From positions 32,001 to 96,000 of the forward strand of contig JAYGDX010000413.1 in NCBI GenBank assembly GCA_046582655.1: a stretch of DNA of 64,000 nucleotides, given 5' to 3'. A model generated the notes under the pieces. The model saw only the letters and a program-made list of their open reading frames with translations. It was not told the origin of the DNA and did not search any database. Origin of the DNA: Candidatus Poribacteria bacterium (GTDB lineage Bacteria > Poribacteria > WGA-4E > UBA9662). The translations under genes were made by a program, and so were the position numbers. Below are positions 52,140 through 61,133 of this stretch, in pieces. Every line of letters starts with the position of its first letter. Within the stretch, counting starts at the first letter, position 1.

Positions 52140-53120
52140 ATGAGCTTAAAGAGATCATTCGGTGCTCTTGGAACCTCTTTCTTTCTGCACATGGTATTAG
52201 TTGTTATTTTAGCACTCTACATTTTACAACAAACAATTAGTAATCAACAAAATATAATCTATTCCGAGATTTTGGTGGCCGAACCGATGAAGGTCAAGCG
52301 GGTGGCACCACGAAAACGAAGAGAACTTCAGAAACGAAATATTTCCAAGGTGATTACGAACCAACCAAATTTGAAGATTCTAACCAGTAATGCACCACCT
52401 ACTGATCGCGGTGTTGTATCTGCTTCAAAACCAACAGAATTCAGTCTTGATGGACCTATCAACTTGAACGCAGACACAGAGGATTTGGGAACAGCTATCT
52501 CAGTCCCGCAAAAATCCGCGAGCCTAGGGAAAATGATTGGAAGAACAACAGGGTCAAATCGAAAAGAAAGGGAACGCGAGAAGAGCAGGTTGGTAAAATT
52601 CATCGAGAGCCAACCGGGCGCACAACAAATTTTCTATTCCCTCGACCTTTCGTCAAGTATGCGGAACCTAAGTCCATTAAAGCTCAGGAAAATCGTTACA
52701 ATAATCCAAGATTCGCTCGATTTCCTTGAGAGTCATGATCAGTTTAATATTGTAACTTTTAGTGGTGAAATCAGCTTCTATCAGCCGGAATCGATTGCCC
52801 CAACTATTGGCCATATCAAACGAGCAAAAGAGTATTTGAACAATATTAAACCGGAAAAGAGTTCGCGTGCTTCTGATCATGACATGCTGTCTACACTCAA
52901 TTCCATAAAACCGAAGAGCCCAACAATCGTGGTGCTTTTCAGCGACGGCATCCTCACCTCTGCCGGAATCCCGCACCCAGAGGAGATGCAAGAATATATC
53001 CCCCCCACGACAAAGGTATTTGTAATTGCAACCGGTATGTCACCTGATTTCCCGGGCGCTATCCTACTTAAAATGCTGTCGAATCAAAGCAGCGGAGAAT
53101 TCTGGCTAGTTGACAATTGA
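52140..53120 (+). CDS. Membrane-anchored VWA-domain protein
   Basis: N-terminal TM 'SFFLHMVLVVIL', low-complexity linker, MIDAS 'LDLSSSM', 'DQFNIVTFS', 'VVLFSDG'; GGAGG RBS. Confidence 0.85.
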   Translation: MSLKRSFGALGTSFFLHMVLVVILALYILQQTISNQQNIIYSEILVAEPMKVKRVAPRKRRELQKRNISKVITNQPNLKILTSNAPPTDRGVVSASKPTEFSLDGPINLNADTEDLGTAISVPQKSASLGKMIGRTTGSNRKEREREKSRLVKFIESQPGAQQIFYSLDLSSSMRNLSPLKLRKIVTIIQDSLDFLESHDQFNIVTFSGEISFYQPESIAPTIGHIKRAKEYLNNIKPEKSSRASDHDMLSTLNSIKPKSPTIVVLFSDGILTSAGIPHPEEMQEYIPPTTKVFVIATGMSPDFPGAILLKMLSNQSSGEFWLVDN

Positions 53121-53130
53121 AGATGGCAGA

Positions 53131-54327
53131 CTAAGACGACTCAAGATCATTTAACAACTGACTTAGATAAGACTTCACCATGTCGTTATCTTCTTTTTTC
53201 TGAAAAAACTCAGATAGCTGAAACTCAAGGTTATCATAAGGATTTGCTTTAATCTGTCGTCTCAGTCGTTCCGTTCTGAGGATAGCTATAATCCGTAGCC
53301 GGTCCTTTGGAATTTCAGTTTGGTACAATTGACCGATCAAGGTTTTGGCCAACCCTTTAGCCAATCCGCTTTCTGCATGTACCACTAGAGCATCTATTGT
53401 TAACTGCTTGGCATTTTCGTCCGCGTCATTGTATAAGATATCGAGAAGCGTATTAACAGCATCCTTAGTTGGGAATTTGACCAGAGCTTCAATAGCGTGT
53501 ATCCGAACTTGTCCAGTCGTATCCTTCAAAGATGCCAGCATCTCTTTGGTAGCAGGCTCATCAAACAAAGAAAGGGTGCGCGCAGCAGAGACACGAATAG
53601 CTGGATTGCTACTGTTTAGTTTCACCAAAATATCGGGTTTATATTCTTTTTTCCCGAGTTGATAAAGTACCGATATGATCGCTACAGCAACTGTTTCGCT
53701 ACTCTTTTGTTTTTGCGTTTCGAGCTTTGGAATTATGTTAGGATCATTCACCTCACCGATAAGCCGCACGAAGTTCAATTTAACATTTTCACTGAATTTG
53801 GAGTTGCCAAGTGCATCAGCGATTGGTTCTGCTCTACCAACTTCTTTTAAAATCCGGTTCAACTCGGGATGAGTTTTATCATGGCGCTCACTACTATACG
53901 CATCAATCACGATCTGGATTTTATCCGGATCTTTTGCAATCTTATCAATAAAGATTTGGAAAAGATCTTTCTGTAGCACTCCGTGTCGCTCGCCAAGAAT
54001 ATCGAGAAGAAAAGCCATTTCTTCCTTATTAAGTTCATTTAAGCGTCGTTCCTTTTCACCTCTAAACTCTGCGGATTTACCTTGAGTGCCAGCGTCACCA
54101 GTTGAAAGCGCGCTATAGTAGGCAATGAGAAGGAGCCCCCGCGGTCCGACTTTGCGTCTTTGTCTTTCTTCGGACTTTTTTAGGTGTTCGATAGCCTCAA
54201 TTGTTAAAGCTGAACCAAGTAACTTGTCACGACCGAGTTCATATGGGGTTGGCCCCGGTTTATCTATGCAGCCAGTATTTAATATTAATAGAATTAGCAC
54301 ACATACGGCCAAAGGGTATTTTGTCAT
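53131..54327 (-). CDS. HEAT-repeat lipoprotein
   Basis: Signal peptide and lipobox 'LNTG-C'; repeats 'IRVSAARTL', 'VRIHAIEAL...AVNTLLDIL'. Confidence 0.8.
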   Translation of the reverse strand: MTKYPLAVCVLILLILNTGCIDKPGPTPYELGRDKLLGSALTIEAIEHLKKSEERQRRKVGPRGLLLIAYYSALSTGDAGTQGKSAEFRGEKERRLNELNKEEMAFLLDILGERHGVLQKDLFQIFIDKIAKDPDKIQIVIDAYSSERHDKTHPELNRILKEVGRAEPIADALGNSKFSENVKLNFVRLIGEVNDPNIIPKLETQKQKSSETVAVAIISVLYQLGKKEYKPDILVKLNSSNPAIRVSAARTLSLFDEPATKEMLASLKDTTGQVRIHAIEALVKFPTKDAVNTLLDILYNDADENAKQLTIDALVVHAESGLAKGLAKTLIGQLYQTEIPKDRLRIIAILRTERLRRQIKANPYDNLEFQLSEFFQKKEDNDMVKSYLSQLLNDLESS

Positions 54328-54390
54328 AAAAAGTTCTATTCTCCTGTAAATTTGTATCGGTGTCAGGATACTTAGCTCCGCGAATTTTTT

Positions 54391-54419
54391 AGTTTACAGA
54401 ATATTTTCATTTCTGTCAA
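54391..54419 (-). promoter_or_regulatory. Sigma-70-type promoter for the HEAT lipoprotein
   Basis: TTGACA-17 bp-TAAACT. Confidence 0.6.
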
Positions 54420-54483
54420 GACATTTTCTGAATTGAAACTGGAGGTCAATTATCTATTGGAGGCTGAAATTTCCCTATTTACT

Positions 54484-54512
54484 TTGCCATTCTGCAGTCA
54501 GTGTGCTAGAAT
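54484..54512 (+). promoter_or_regulatory. Sigma-70-type promoter for nadB
   Basis: TTGCCA-17 bp-TAGAAT with TGC extension. Confidence 0.6.
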
Positions 54513-54575
54513 GAAATTCCTTTTAAAAAATTGAAGCATCTCTTTGCATTTTAAGCAGAAACCTAATCATTAGCT

Positions 54576-56174
54576 ATGAGTCGCAGATACATCGTTGAAT
54601 TCGATCTCAAAAATCTTCCAATGATCCAAACCGATTTCCTGGTAATTGGCAGTGGTAGTGCTGGAATGCGAGCTGCTATCGAGATCTGTCAACATGGTGA
54701 TGTGCTTTTGGTTACCAAGGGGCCACTCAGAGAAAGCAATTCACGATATGCTCAGGGTGGTATTGCTGTTGCCATGGGCCAAGACGACACAGTCGATTAC
54801 CATGTTGAAGATACATTGAAAGCTGGTAACGGTCTTTGTGATAAAGTGGCCGTCGAAATCATGGTAGAAGAAGGAATCGATCGTGTTTCCGAATTAATTG
54901 AGTGGGGAGCAGAATTTGATGGGGATGGCAATAACAACCTTGGCTTCACGATCGAGGCGGCACATCAGCGTCATCGCGTTGTTCATCGTGGTGATGAAAC
55001 AGGCAGAGAAACCACAAAGGTTTTGGCTAATCATTTACAGAGGAAGCGGAAAATTCAGTACATTGAATACTGTTTTGTCATTGACCTTGTGATAGAAGAT
55101 GAAGTTTGCTTTGGTACGATTGCCATTGTTAACAATAAGCTACATTGGATTTGTGCTGGAGCAACAGTGATTGCCTCAGGAGGACTGGGTCAGATTTTTG
55201 CATGCACTTCAAATCCGCCAATTGCTACTGGGGATGGATGTGCAATTGCGTGGCGTGCTGGATGTGAAATGATAGATATGGAGTTTGTGCAATTTCACCC
55301 AACGACTTTATTCATGGAAGGTACCCCTCATTTTTTAATATCTGAAACAGTTCGTGGAGAAGGCGGGATCCTTTTGAATTCGTGTGGTGATATATTTATG
55401 GAAAAATATCACCATATGAAGGAACTAGCACCACGTGATGTTGTTAGTCGAGCAATTTCAAATGAAATGCAACTCACAGATTCACCTTGTGTCTATTTAG
55501 ATGCAACACATCTTACAGAAGAATACATTCGAAAACGTTTCCCGACAATCTACCAAACCTGCATGTACTATGGGTTGAACATCTCATCGTCCTCCATTCC
55601 CGTATGTTCAGCTGCTCACTTTATGATGGGTGGAATACGGACAAACATAGAAACTGAAACAAATATCCAAGGGCTCTTTGCCTGCGGAGAGGCGGCATGT
55701 ACAGGTGTTCACGGAGCTAACCGCTTGGCGAGTAATTCGCTACTTGAATGCTTAGTTTTCGGTGCACGTGCAGGAACCTCCGCCGCCGCATATCTTAATC
55801 AGTTTGATGGTCGTCCAATGCCAAAAAATTCCGTCAAAAACAAAACGGATTCCAAGCTTGACATCGATTTCGATGTGAAATCAGCCCAGCAACTAGTCCG
55901 TAAATCAATGTGGAAATACGCTGGAATTGTCCGTCATGCGGACGATCTACAACATGTCAGGAAAATACTTGATGGAATTGAGATAGACCAAGCTTATTCG
56001 CCAAATGATATTGAAGCCTTTGAACTTCAAAATATGATTGACGTGGCAAAGCTGATTACTCAAGCATCAATTCAACGTACTGAAAGTCGCGGGGCACATT
56101 ATCGGCGCGATTTTCCGCAAGCAAATGATGCAACATGGAAAAAACACATCAGTCTGCAACATAAAGACAGCTAA
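54576..56174 (+). CDS. nadB: L-aspartate oxidase
   Basis: 'VIGSGSAG', 'SNSRYAQGGIA', 'EAAH..RVVH.GD.TG', 'MEFVQFHPT', 'LISETVRGEG', 'ELAPRDVV', 'GVHGANRLASNSLLE', 'ESRGAH'. Confidence 0.96.
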   Translation: MSRRYIVEFDLKNLPMIQTDFLVIGSGSAGMRAAIEICQHGDVLLVTKGPLRESNSRYAQGGIAVAMGQDDTVDYHVEDTLKAGNGLCDKVAVEIMVEEGIDRVSELIEWGAEFDGDGNNNLGFTIEAAHQRHRVVHRGDETGRETTKVLANHLQRKRKIQYIEYCFVIDLVIEDEVCFGTIAIVNNKLHWICAGATVIASGGLGQIFACTSNPPIATGDGCAIAWRAGCEMIDMEFVQFHPTTLFMEGTPHFLISETVRGEGGILLNSCGDIFMEKYHHMKELAPRDVVSRAISNEMQLTDSPCVYLDATHLTEEYIRKRFPTIYQTCMYYGLNISSSSIPVCSAAHFMMGGIRTNIETETNIQGLFACGEAACTGVHGANRLASNSLLECLVFGARAGTSAAAYLNQFDGRPMPKNSVKNKTDSKLDIDFDVKSAQQLVRKSMWKYAGIVRHADDLQHVRKILDGIEIDQAYSPNDIEAFELQNMIDVAKLITQASIQRTESRGAHYRRDFPQANDATWKKHISLQHKDS

Positions 56175-56217
56175 TCACCAAACTTCAAACTATGTAAAAA
56201 AACATTAGGAAATCAGA

Positions 56218-56490
56218 TTGAGATCAATTATTCTTCTCACAATCTTAGCAGCTGTTTTCGTGGTAGCCAGCCAAAACATGAAATTCTTACTTGGTGTTAC
56301 GGTAGCTGGAATTTTAACCGTTGTTCTTCTCGTCTCAGTTGTTCTCGAAATTGAGCCAACAAACAAGCCAAAAAAGCAAGAAAGCAGTAGTGAAGTCGAA
56401 GAAGGGGAACTACCAGATCGGATCGAAATCCCAGAAGAGGCAGAACCAATCATTGTTGACGCTGAATCATCAGGGGGGCGCAACAGATAA
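56218..56490 (+). CDS. Small membrane protein (2 TM, acidic tail)
   Basis: TTG after AGGA; two hydrophobic segments then a Glu/Pro-rich tail; sits between co-oriented genes. Confidence 0.6.
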   Translation: MRSIILLTILAAVFVVASQNMKFLLGVTVAGILTVVLLVSVVLEIEPTNKPKKQESSSEVEEGELPDRIEIPEEAEPIIVDAESSGGRNR

Positions 56491-56507
56491 ATCTACTTTG
56501 ATACACC

Positions 56508-59186
56508 ATGTTTAGCTTGACAGCACCGATCTTCCTCACACTTCTTCTCCTCGCCGTCCCTTTTTTTCTGCTTACTCAGCAAGGCACAAAAACTCAATCT
56601 AAATTAAAAAACAGAAACTTCCTTCTCCTCCTTCGTCTTGTCAGTCTAGCTTGCCTGGCACTAGCCCTTGCTGGAGTACATCGAAAAGCTCAGTCCAACC
56701 AACTAGTATTCGCGTTTCTAATTGACATTTCAAAAAGCATACCGAAAAGTCAACAACGCTTAGCAATCGATCAAGTCAATACAATCATTAAATCACTGGA
56801 ACCAATGGATCAGTATTGTGTGATTTCGTTCGCCAAACAGCCATCAGTCTCAGTTCCTTTAGTGACTGTTCAGAACAGCCTGAATGTATCTCCTGAATCC
56901 ATCTGGCAAAACGCAATTGTTCAAGATTACACTGATCTAGCTAGTGCAATTCAGCTAGCGATTTCCATGTTACCGGAAGTAGCTCAAAAGCGGATTGTGC
57001 TATTCAGTGACGGGCTTCAAAACACCGGCAGAATTGACAGTATACTGGAACTAGCCCAAGCAAGCGAAATCACAGTGCTTACCATACCAATATTAGCTGA
57101 GCGGAAAAATGAAGTTATTATGCAGGAACTTCAAATCCCACCAAAAATACGAATAGGGGAAATTTTTAAGGTTCGGGCCATCGTTGAGAATACTATGGAT
57201 CAAGTGGTCAGTATCAATCTTTATCGAAATGGCTTTCCCATGATTACCCACAGAGAAATATCTTTAAAATCAGGAAAACAGATCATCGCGCTTGATCAAC
57301 AAATCTTTGATGCAGGCACTCACGAATTTCAGATCGAGGTGATTGTAGCCGACGAGGTAAGCGAAAATAATACTGCCTATGCTTTAACACAGATTTCTGG
57401 TCAGTCTAGACTACTTTGTATTGCCTCTAATCCATTTGTTGCCAAGACAATAAAAACAGTTCTTGAAAGCGAAAATTTTGTAGTTGATGTGATTCGACCA
57501 TCTGAATTCCCAACCGATTTCACTCAATTACAAAATAATGATGGGATTATTCTGATAAATGTATCGGCTGACGAATTATCCCAATTACAGATGAATCAGA
57601 TCGAAACTTATGTTCGAGATTTCGGTCGTGGACTGGTTGTCATTGGAGGCGATCATTCATTTGGTAGAGGTTCATATCAAGACACCCTGCTTGAGCGCAT
57701 GTTACCACTTAAAATGACCCCCAAACAGCAAAAAGAGTCACTCTCAATTCTGATGCTGATTGACACCTCTGGCAGCATGGCAAACTATGTGGGTGCTGAC
57801 CAGAAAATTGGGTTGGCTATCGAAAGCATTCGATTGGCTATTAATTCGTTAGACGAAGCGGATCTAGTTGGCGTAGTTAGTTTTGCAACCTCTATTGGCC
57901 TTGAAATACCACCGACAACTGATCATCAACGGGTTGCACAGGCGGTAGGATCGCTACGTCCCAGAAATGGCACACAGTTGTTTCCAGCACTCCAGAAAGC
58001 ATACAAATTAATCAAAAAAACTGAAGCTAAGCAAAAGCACATTGTTATTCTCTCAGATGGCAAATCAGACGGTGATTTTGAATCATTGACGGCACTGGTT
58101 GCCAAAGACAATATTACTATTACCACGATCGCCATAGGTGATGCCGCGCAGGACTTACTGAGAATGATTGCGCGCAACGGAAAAGGACGTTACGTGCACG
58201 TTGAAGATATGACGCGACTACCCCGAATACTAGCCGAGGAGGTACATCTGACACAGGAATACACTGTTCAAGAAACGTTCGTTCCGCGTCTCAATCAGAC
58301 AACCCAGATTTTAGGCGGTATAAGGCAACCGCCTAATCTTCACGGTTACATAGCCACATCAGAAAAGAAAACTGGAAAGATATTAATTAAATCTCACAAG
58401 GATCACCCGATTCTAGCAGTATGGGACTATGGGTTGGGGCGGTCAGTTGCTTTTACCTCTGATTTAAACAGTTGGGGACGAGATTGGATTTCGTGGGAAA
58501 ATTTCGGTAAGTTTTGGACACAAGTTGTCAGCGCGGTTCTACCACAACCTAACATCGGCAAGGATTTCGACATACAAACATCTATTAATGGCGAATATAT
58601 AAAAGTCGTTGTTGAAGCAAAAAACCTATTGGCAGCCGGTGATAGTTCTGAACTAGTTGTTCGCGTTTCACAGCCCAACTATCAGGGACAGCCAGTTGAG
58701 ATGATACGTACAACACCGACTCGCTACGAAGGTAAAATCAAGTTTGCTGATCTTGGAGCCTATTTGATTACTGCCAAAACAGCTAAAGATCAGCAAACAA
58801 CAAGTTTGGTAGTGTCGTATCCATCAGAACTAGCAAGTTTCACAACAAATCAGCAGTTGCTACATAAAATTGCCGATCAAACGAATGGAGTTTTCAAGCC
58901 ATCCATGGAAGAGATTGCCGCTCGTCCTAGTAGATTAATCAAAAAATCAAAAGACCTTGCTCCAATGTTCTTGATAATCTGCGTTATTTTTTTTGTTTTA
59001 GAAATGATTATACGTCAGTTCCGTTTCAAAAATTATCAGACAACCGTAACAAGCGAACCTCCAGTCACGCAACGGTCAATGCCCATTTCTACATTAGCAG
59101 ATCAAAAGTTGGAGATTGATTCTAGCATACAGAAATTGCTGCACGCCAAACGGCGGTCAACTACCGATTCTCAAATGACATCATAG
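56508..59186 (+). CDS. Membrane protein with BatA-like N-terminus, two VWA domains and a class-I GATase-like domain
   Basis: 'P..L.LLLL...LRL..L..L.LALAG'; MIDAS 'IDISKS' and 'IDTSGSM'; 'GRGLVVIGGDHSFG.G.Y..T.LE.MLP'; 'PILAVWDYGLGRSVAFTSD...W...W..W'; C-terminal TM. Confidence 0.85.
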   Translation: MFSLTAPIFLTLLLLAVPFFLLTQQGTKTQSKLKNRNFLLLLRLVSLACLALALAGVHRKAQSNQLVFAFLIDISKSIPKSQQRLAIDQVNTIIKSLEPMDQYCVISFAKQPSVSVPLVTVQNSLNVSPESIWQNAIVQDYTDLASAIQLAISMLPEVAQKRIVLFSDGLQNTGRIDSILELAQASEITVLTIPILAERKNEVIMQELQIPPKIRIGEIFKVRAIVENTMDQVVSINLYRNGFPMITHREISLKSGKQIIALDQQIFDAGTHEFQIEVIVADEVSENNTAYALTQISGQSRLLCIASNPFVAKTIKTVLESENFVVDVIRPSEFPTDFTQLQNNDGIILINVSADELSQLQMNQIETYVRDFGRGLVVIGGDHSFGRGSYQDTLLERMLPLKMTPKQQKESLSILMLIDTSGSMANYVGADQKIGLAIESIRLAINSLDEADLVGVVSFATSIGLEIPPTTDHQRVAQAVGSLRPRNGTQLFPALQKAYKLIKKTEAKQKHIVILSDGKSDGDFESLTALVAKDNITITTIAIGDAAQDLLRMIARNGKGRYVHVEDMTRLPRILAEEVHLTQEYTVQETFVPRLNQTTQILGGIRQPPNLHGYIATSEKKTGKILIKSHKDHPILAVWDYGLGRSVAFTSDLNSWGRDWISWENFGKFWTQVVSAVLPQPNIGKDFDIQTSINGEYIKVVVEAKNLLAAGDSSELVVRVSQPNYQGQPVEMIRTTPTRYEGKIKFADLGAYLITAKTAKDQQTTSLVVSYPSELASFTTNQQLLHKIADQTNGVFKPSMEEIAARPSRLIKKSKDLAPMFLIICVIFFVLEMIIRQFRFKNYQTTVTSEPPVTQRSMPISTLADQKLEIDSSIQKLLHAKRRSTTDSQMTS

Positions 59187-60183
59187 CTTTAATCGTACCA
59201 GAATCTGGTTTAAGCCAAGTTGGGAAAGCATCTATTAATTCATCGGAAGTTGCACGGTGTGTGATCCACGGATTGGTATCAATTTTGTTCTGCTCTACCA
59301 GTGTGATAATTCGCCTAAAGTCATTGCCCGTTGAGTTACGTGTGCTAAAGAGGGTGATCTCTTTTCGGTGAAATTCTGGATCGTACAAAGTAATATTATC
59401 CTGTACCAATCCAACAAAGATAAGCTTTCCCCCTGAGGCAACGTAACTAAATGCGTTTTCCATTGACTTTACACTACCAGTTGCATCGAAGATGACAGTT
59501 GGCATATCGTTTGATGTAATTGCCTTGAGTTGTTCAACCGGATTTTCCTGTGCGTTGACAGTAAATTCAACGCCAAAAACCTGACGACAAAAATCAAGAC
59601 GATTTTCGTTAACGTCCATCACTATAATACGACCACCTGCGATCTTAGCAAATTGAGTAACTGTCAGTCCTATAGGTCCCGCGCCGATGACCAGAACAAA
59701 TTCTCCCAGATTGAAATTGGCCCGATCCACAGCGTGAGCACCAATACCAAGTGTCTCAACCAGCGCAAGCTGATCAAGACTCAACAAATCCGATTTATGC
59801 AGTTTATTAACTGGTATGGTGATGAACTCGCGCATCCCACCATCAGTGTGGACACCCAGTGTTTGTAATATTGTACAGCAATTAGTTTTTCCGCGTCTGC
59901 AAGAGATACACTCACCACAATTTAAATAAGGCTCGATTGCACAGATATCCCCGACGTGAAGATCCAGATCGTTCTCATCAATTTCCATTATCTGAACGCC
60001 AAGTTCGTGTCCTAAAATCCGTGGATAACTCAGGAAAGGCTGTCGACCGCGAAATGCGTGTAGATCAGTACCACAAATTCCCACCCGGTGGATTCGTACC
60101 AATGCCGAGCCAGAAGATCGAGTAGGAATTCCGGTCTGCGATATTGAAAAGTGTCCTGGACTGTCAAGTGTAATTGTTTGCAT
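59161..60183 (-). CDS. Zn-dependent dehydrogenase, L-galactonate 5-dehydrogenase (LgoD/YjjN)-like
   Basis: 'GICGTDLHAFRGRQPFLSYPRILGHE', 'PYLNCGEC.SC..G.TNCC', 'LGVHTDGGM', 'GAGPIG', 'DPEFHRKE.TL..TRN'. Confidence 0.85.
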   Translation of the reverse strand: MQTITLDSPGHFSISQTGIPTRSSGSALVRIHRVGICGTDLHAFRGRQPFLSYPRILGHELGVQIMEIDENDLDLHVGDICAIEPYLNCGECISCRRGKTNCCTILQTLGVHTDGGMREFITIPVNKLHKSDLLSLDQLALVETLGIGAHAVDRANFNLGEFVLVIGAGPIGLTVTQFAKIAGGRIIVMDVNENRLDFCRQVFGVEFTVNAQENPVEQLKAITSNDMPTVIFDATGSVKSMENAFSYVASGGKLIFVGLVQDNITLYDPEFHRKEITLFSTRNSTGNDFRRIITLVEQNKIDTNPWITHRATSDELIDAFPTWLKPDSGTIKAMMSFENR

Positions 60184-60186
60184 GAT

Positions 60187-61116
60187 TTAGTTATTTTCTG
60201 GTCTGCCGCTAGACCAGGTTCTGTCACGGATTGAATCAAGAATTTCTAAAATTTCTGTTAATAATTGTGTGTCCGGTGTCTGATTGACACAAGCGACATT
60301 TTTTTTGACGTTTTCGGGGTTTGCAGTTCCCATTAAGGTTGTATGAATTTTCGGATTAGCCAAGGCAAACTGAAGACCAAGTTCTGCGATATCAGCACCT
60401 TTACTACGACAATGTTCTGCTGCCTTCAAGCAGGCGACTTTAATTTCGTCGTCAGCTGGATGCCAATCCGGAGCTCCTATATTAGTCAGAAGTTGCATTG
60501 ATAACGCTGAAGCATTAATAATACCTATGTTTTCATCTTCGAATGTTGGAATCAAACTTTCTAAAGAAACATCATTTAACGCATAATGGCAGTAAGATAA
60601 AATGGTATCGACGGCAGTTTTTTCCAACACATAGCAGAATATCTTCAACGGTAACCCAGTGATACCAATGAATCTAACTTTCCCCTGTTTTTGAACTTTT
60701 CGCAACGCAGGAATAGTTTCATTGATGATCATGCCGAGATCGCCAAATTCGATATCATGGCACTGGATGAGATCAATATAGTCTATACTGAGCCGAGCTA
60801 GGCTTTGATCCACGCTTTTGATGACACTATTGACTGTGAAGTCAAAATCTTGGAGGCCATAACGTCCAACTTTGGTGGCGAGATAATATTGATCTCGGTT
60901 GATGGTTCTAAGTGCTTTACCTAAAACTATCTCGGATTTGGCGCGTCCGTAATAGGGAGAAGTATCAATGAAGTTGACTCCTAAATCAAGGGCAGTATGG
61001 ACAGCAGAAATCCCTTCTGATTCATCTATATTTCGGTATTCGCTACCAAGTGGTGCCGCTCCAAAACTAATTACTGAGACCTCTAAACCTGTTTTTCCTA
61101 ACGTTCTATATTGCAT
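60187..61116 (-). CDS. Aldo/keto reductase, L-galactose dehydrogenase-like
   Basis: 'FGAAPLG', 'DTSPYYG', 'ATKVGRY', 'CHDIEFG', 'ETIPAL...GKVRFIGITGLPL', 'ILSYCHY..ND' are as I recall for plant L-galactose dehydrogenase. Confidence 0.85.
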   Translation of the reverse strand: MQYRTLGKTGLEVSVISFGAAPLGSEYRNIDESEGISAVHTALDLGVNFIDTSPYYGRAKSEIVLGKALRTINRDQYYLATKVGRYGLQDFDFTVNSVIKSVDQSLARLSIDYIDLIQCHDIEFGDLGMIINETIPALRKVQKQGKVRFIGITGLPLKIFCYVLEKTAVDTILSYCHYALNDVSLESLIPTFEDENIGIINASALSMQLLTNIGAPDWHPADDEIKVACLKAAEHCRSKGADIAELGLQFALANPKIHTTLMGTANPENVKKNVACVNQTPDTQLLTEILEILDSIRDRTWSSGRPENN

Positions 61117-61133
61117 CCTTGCTTTCCTTTCGT

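Noticed and set aside
54414..54423. TGTCAAGACA before nadB and a similar GTGTCAAGA before nadC as a shared NAD-regulator operator
   Set aside because: Both are explained as TTGACA -35 boxes of minus-strand promoters, and the flanks do not match.
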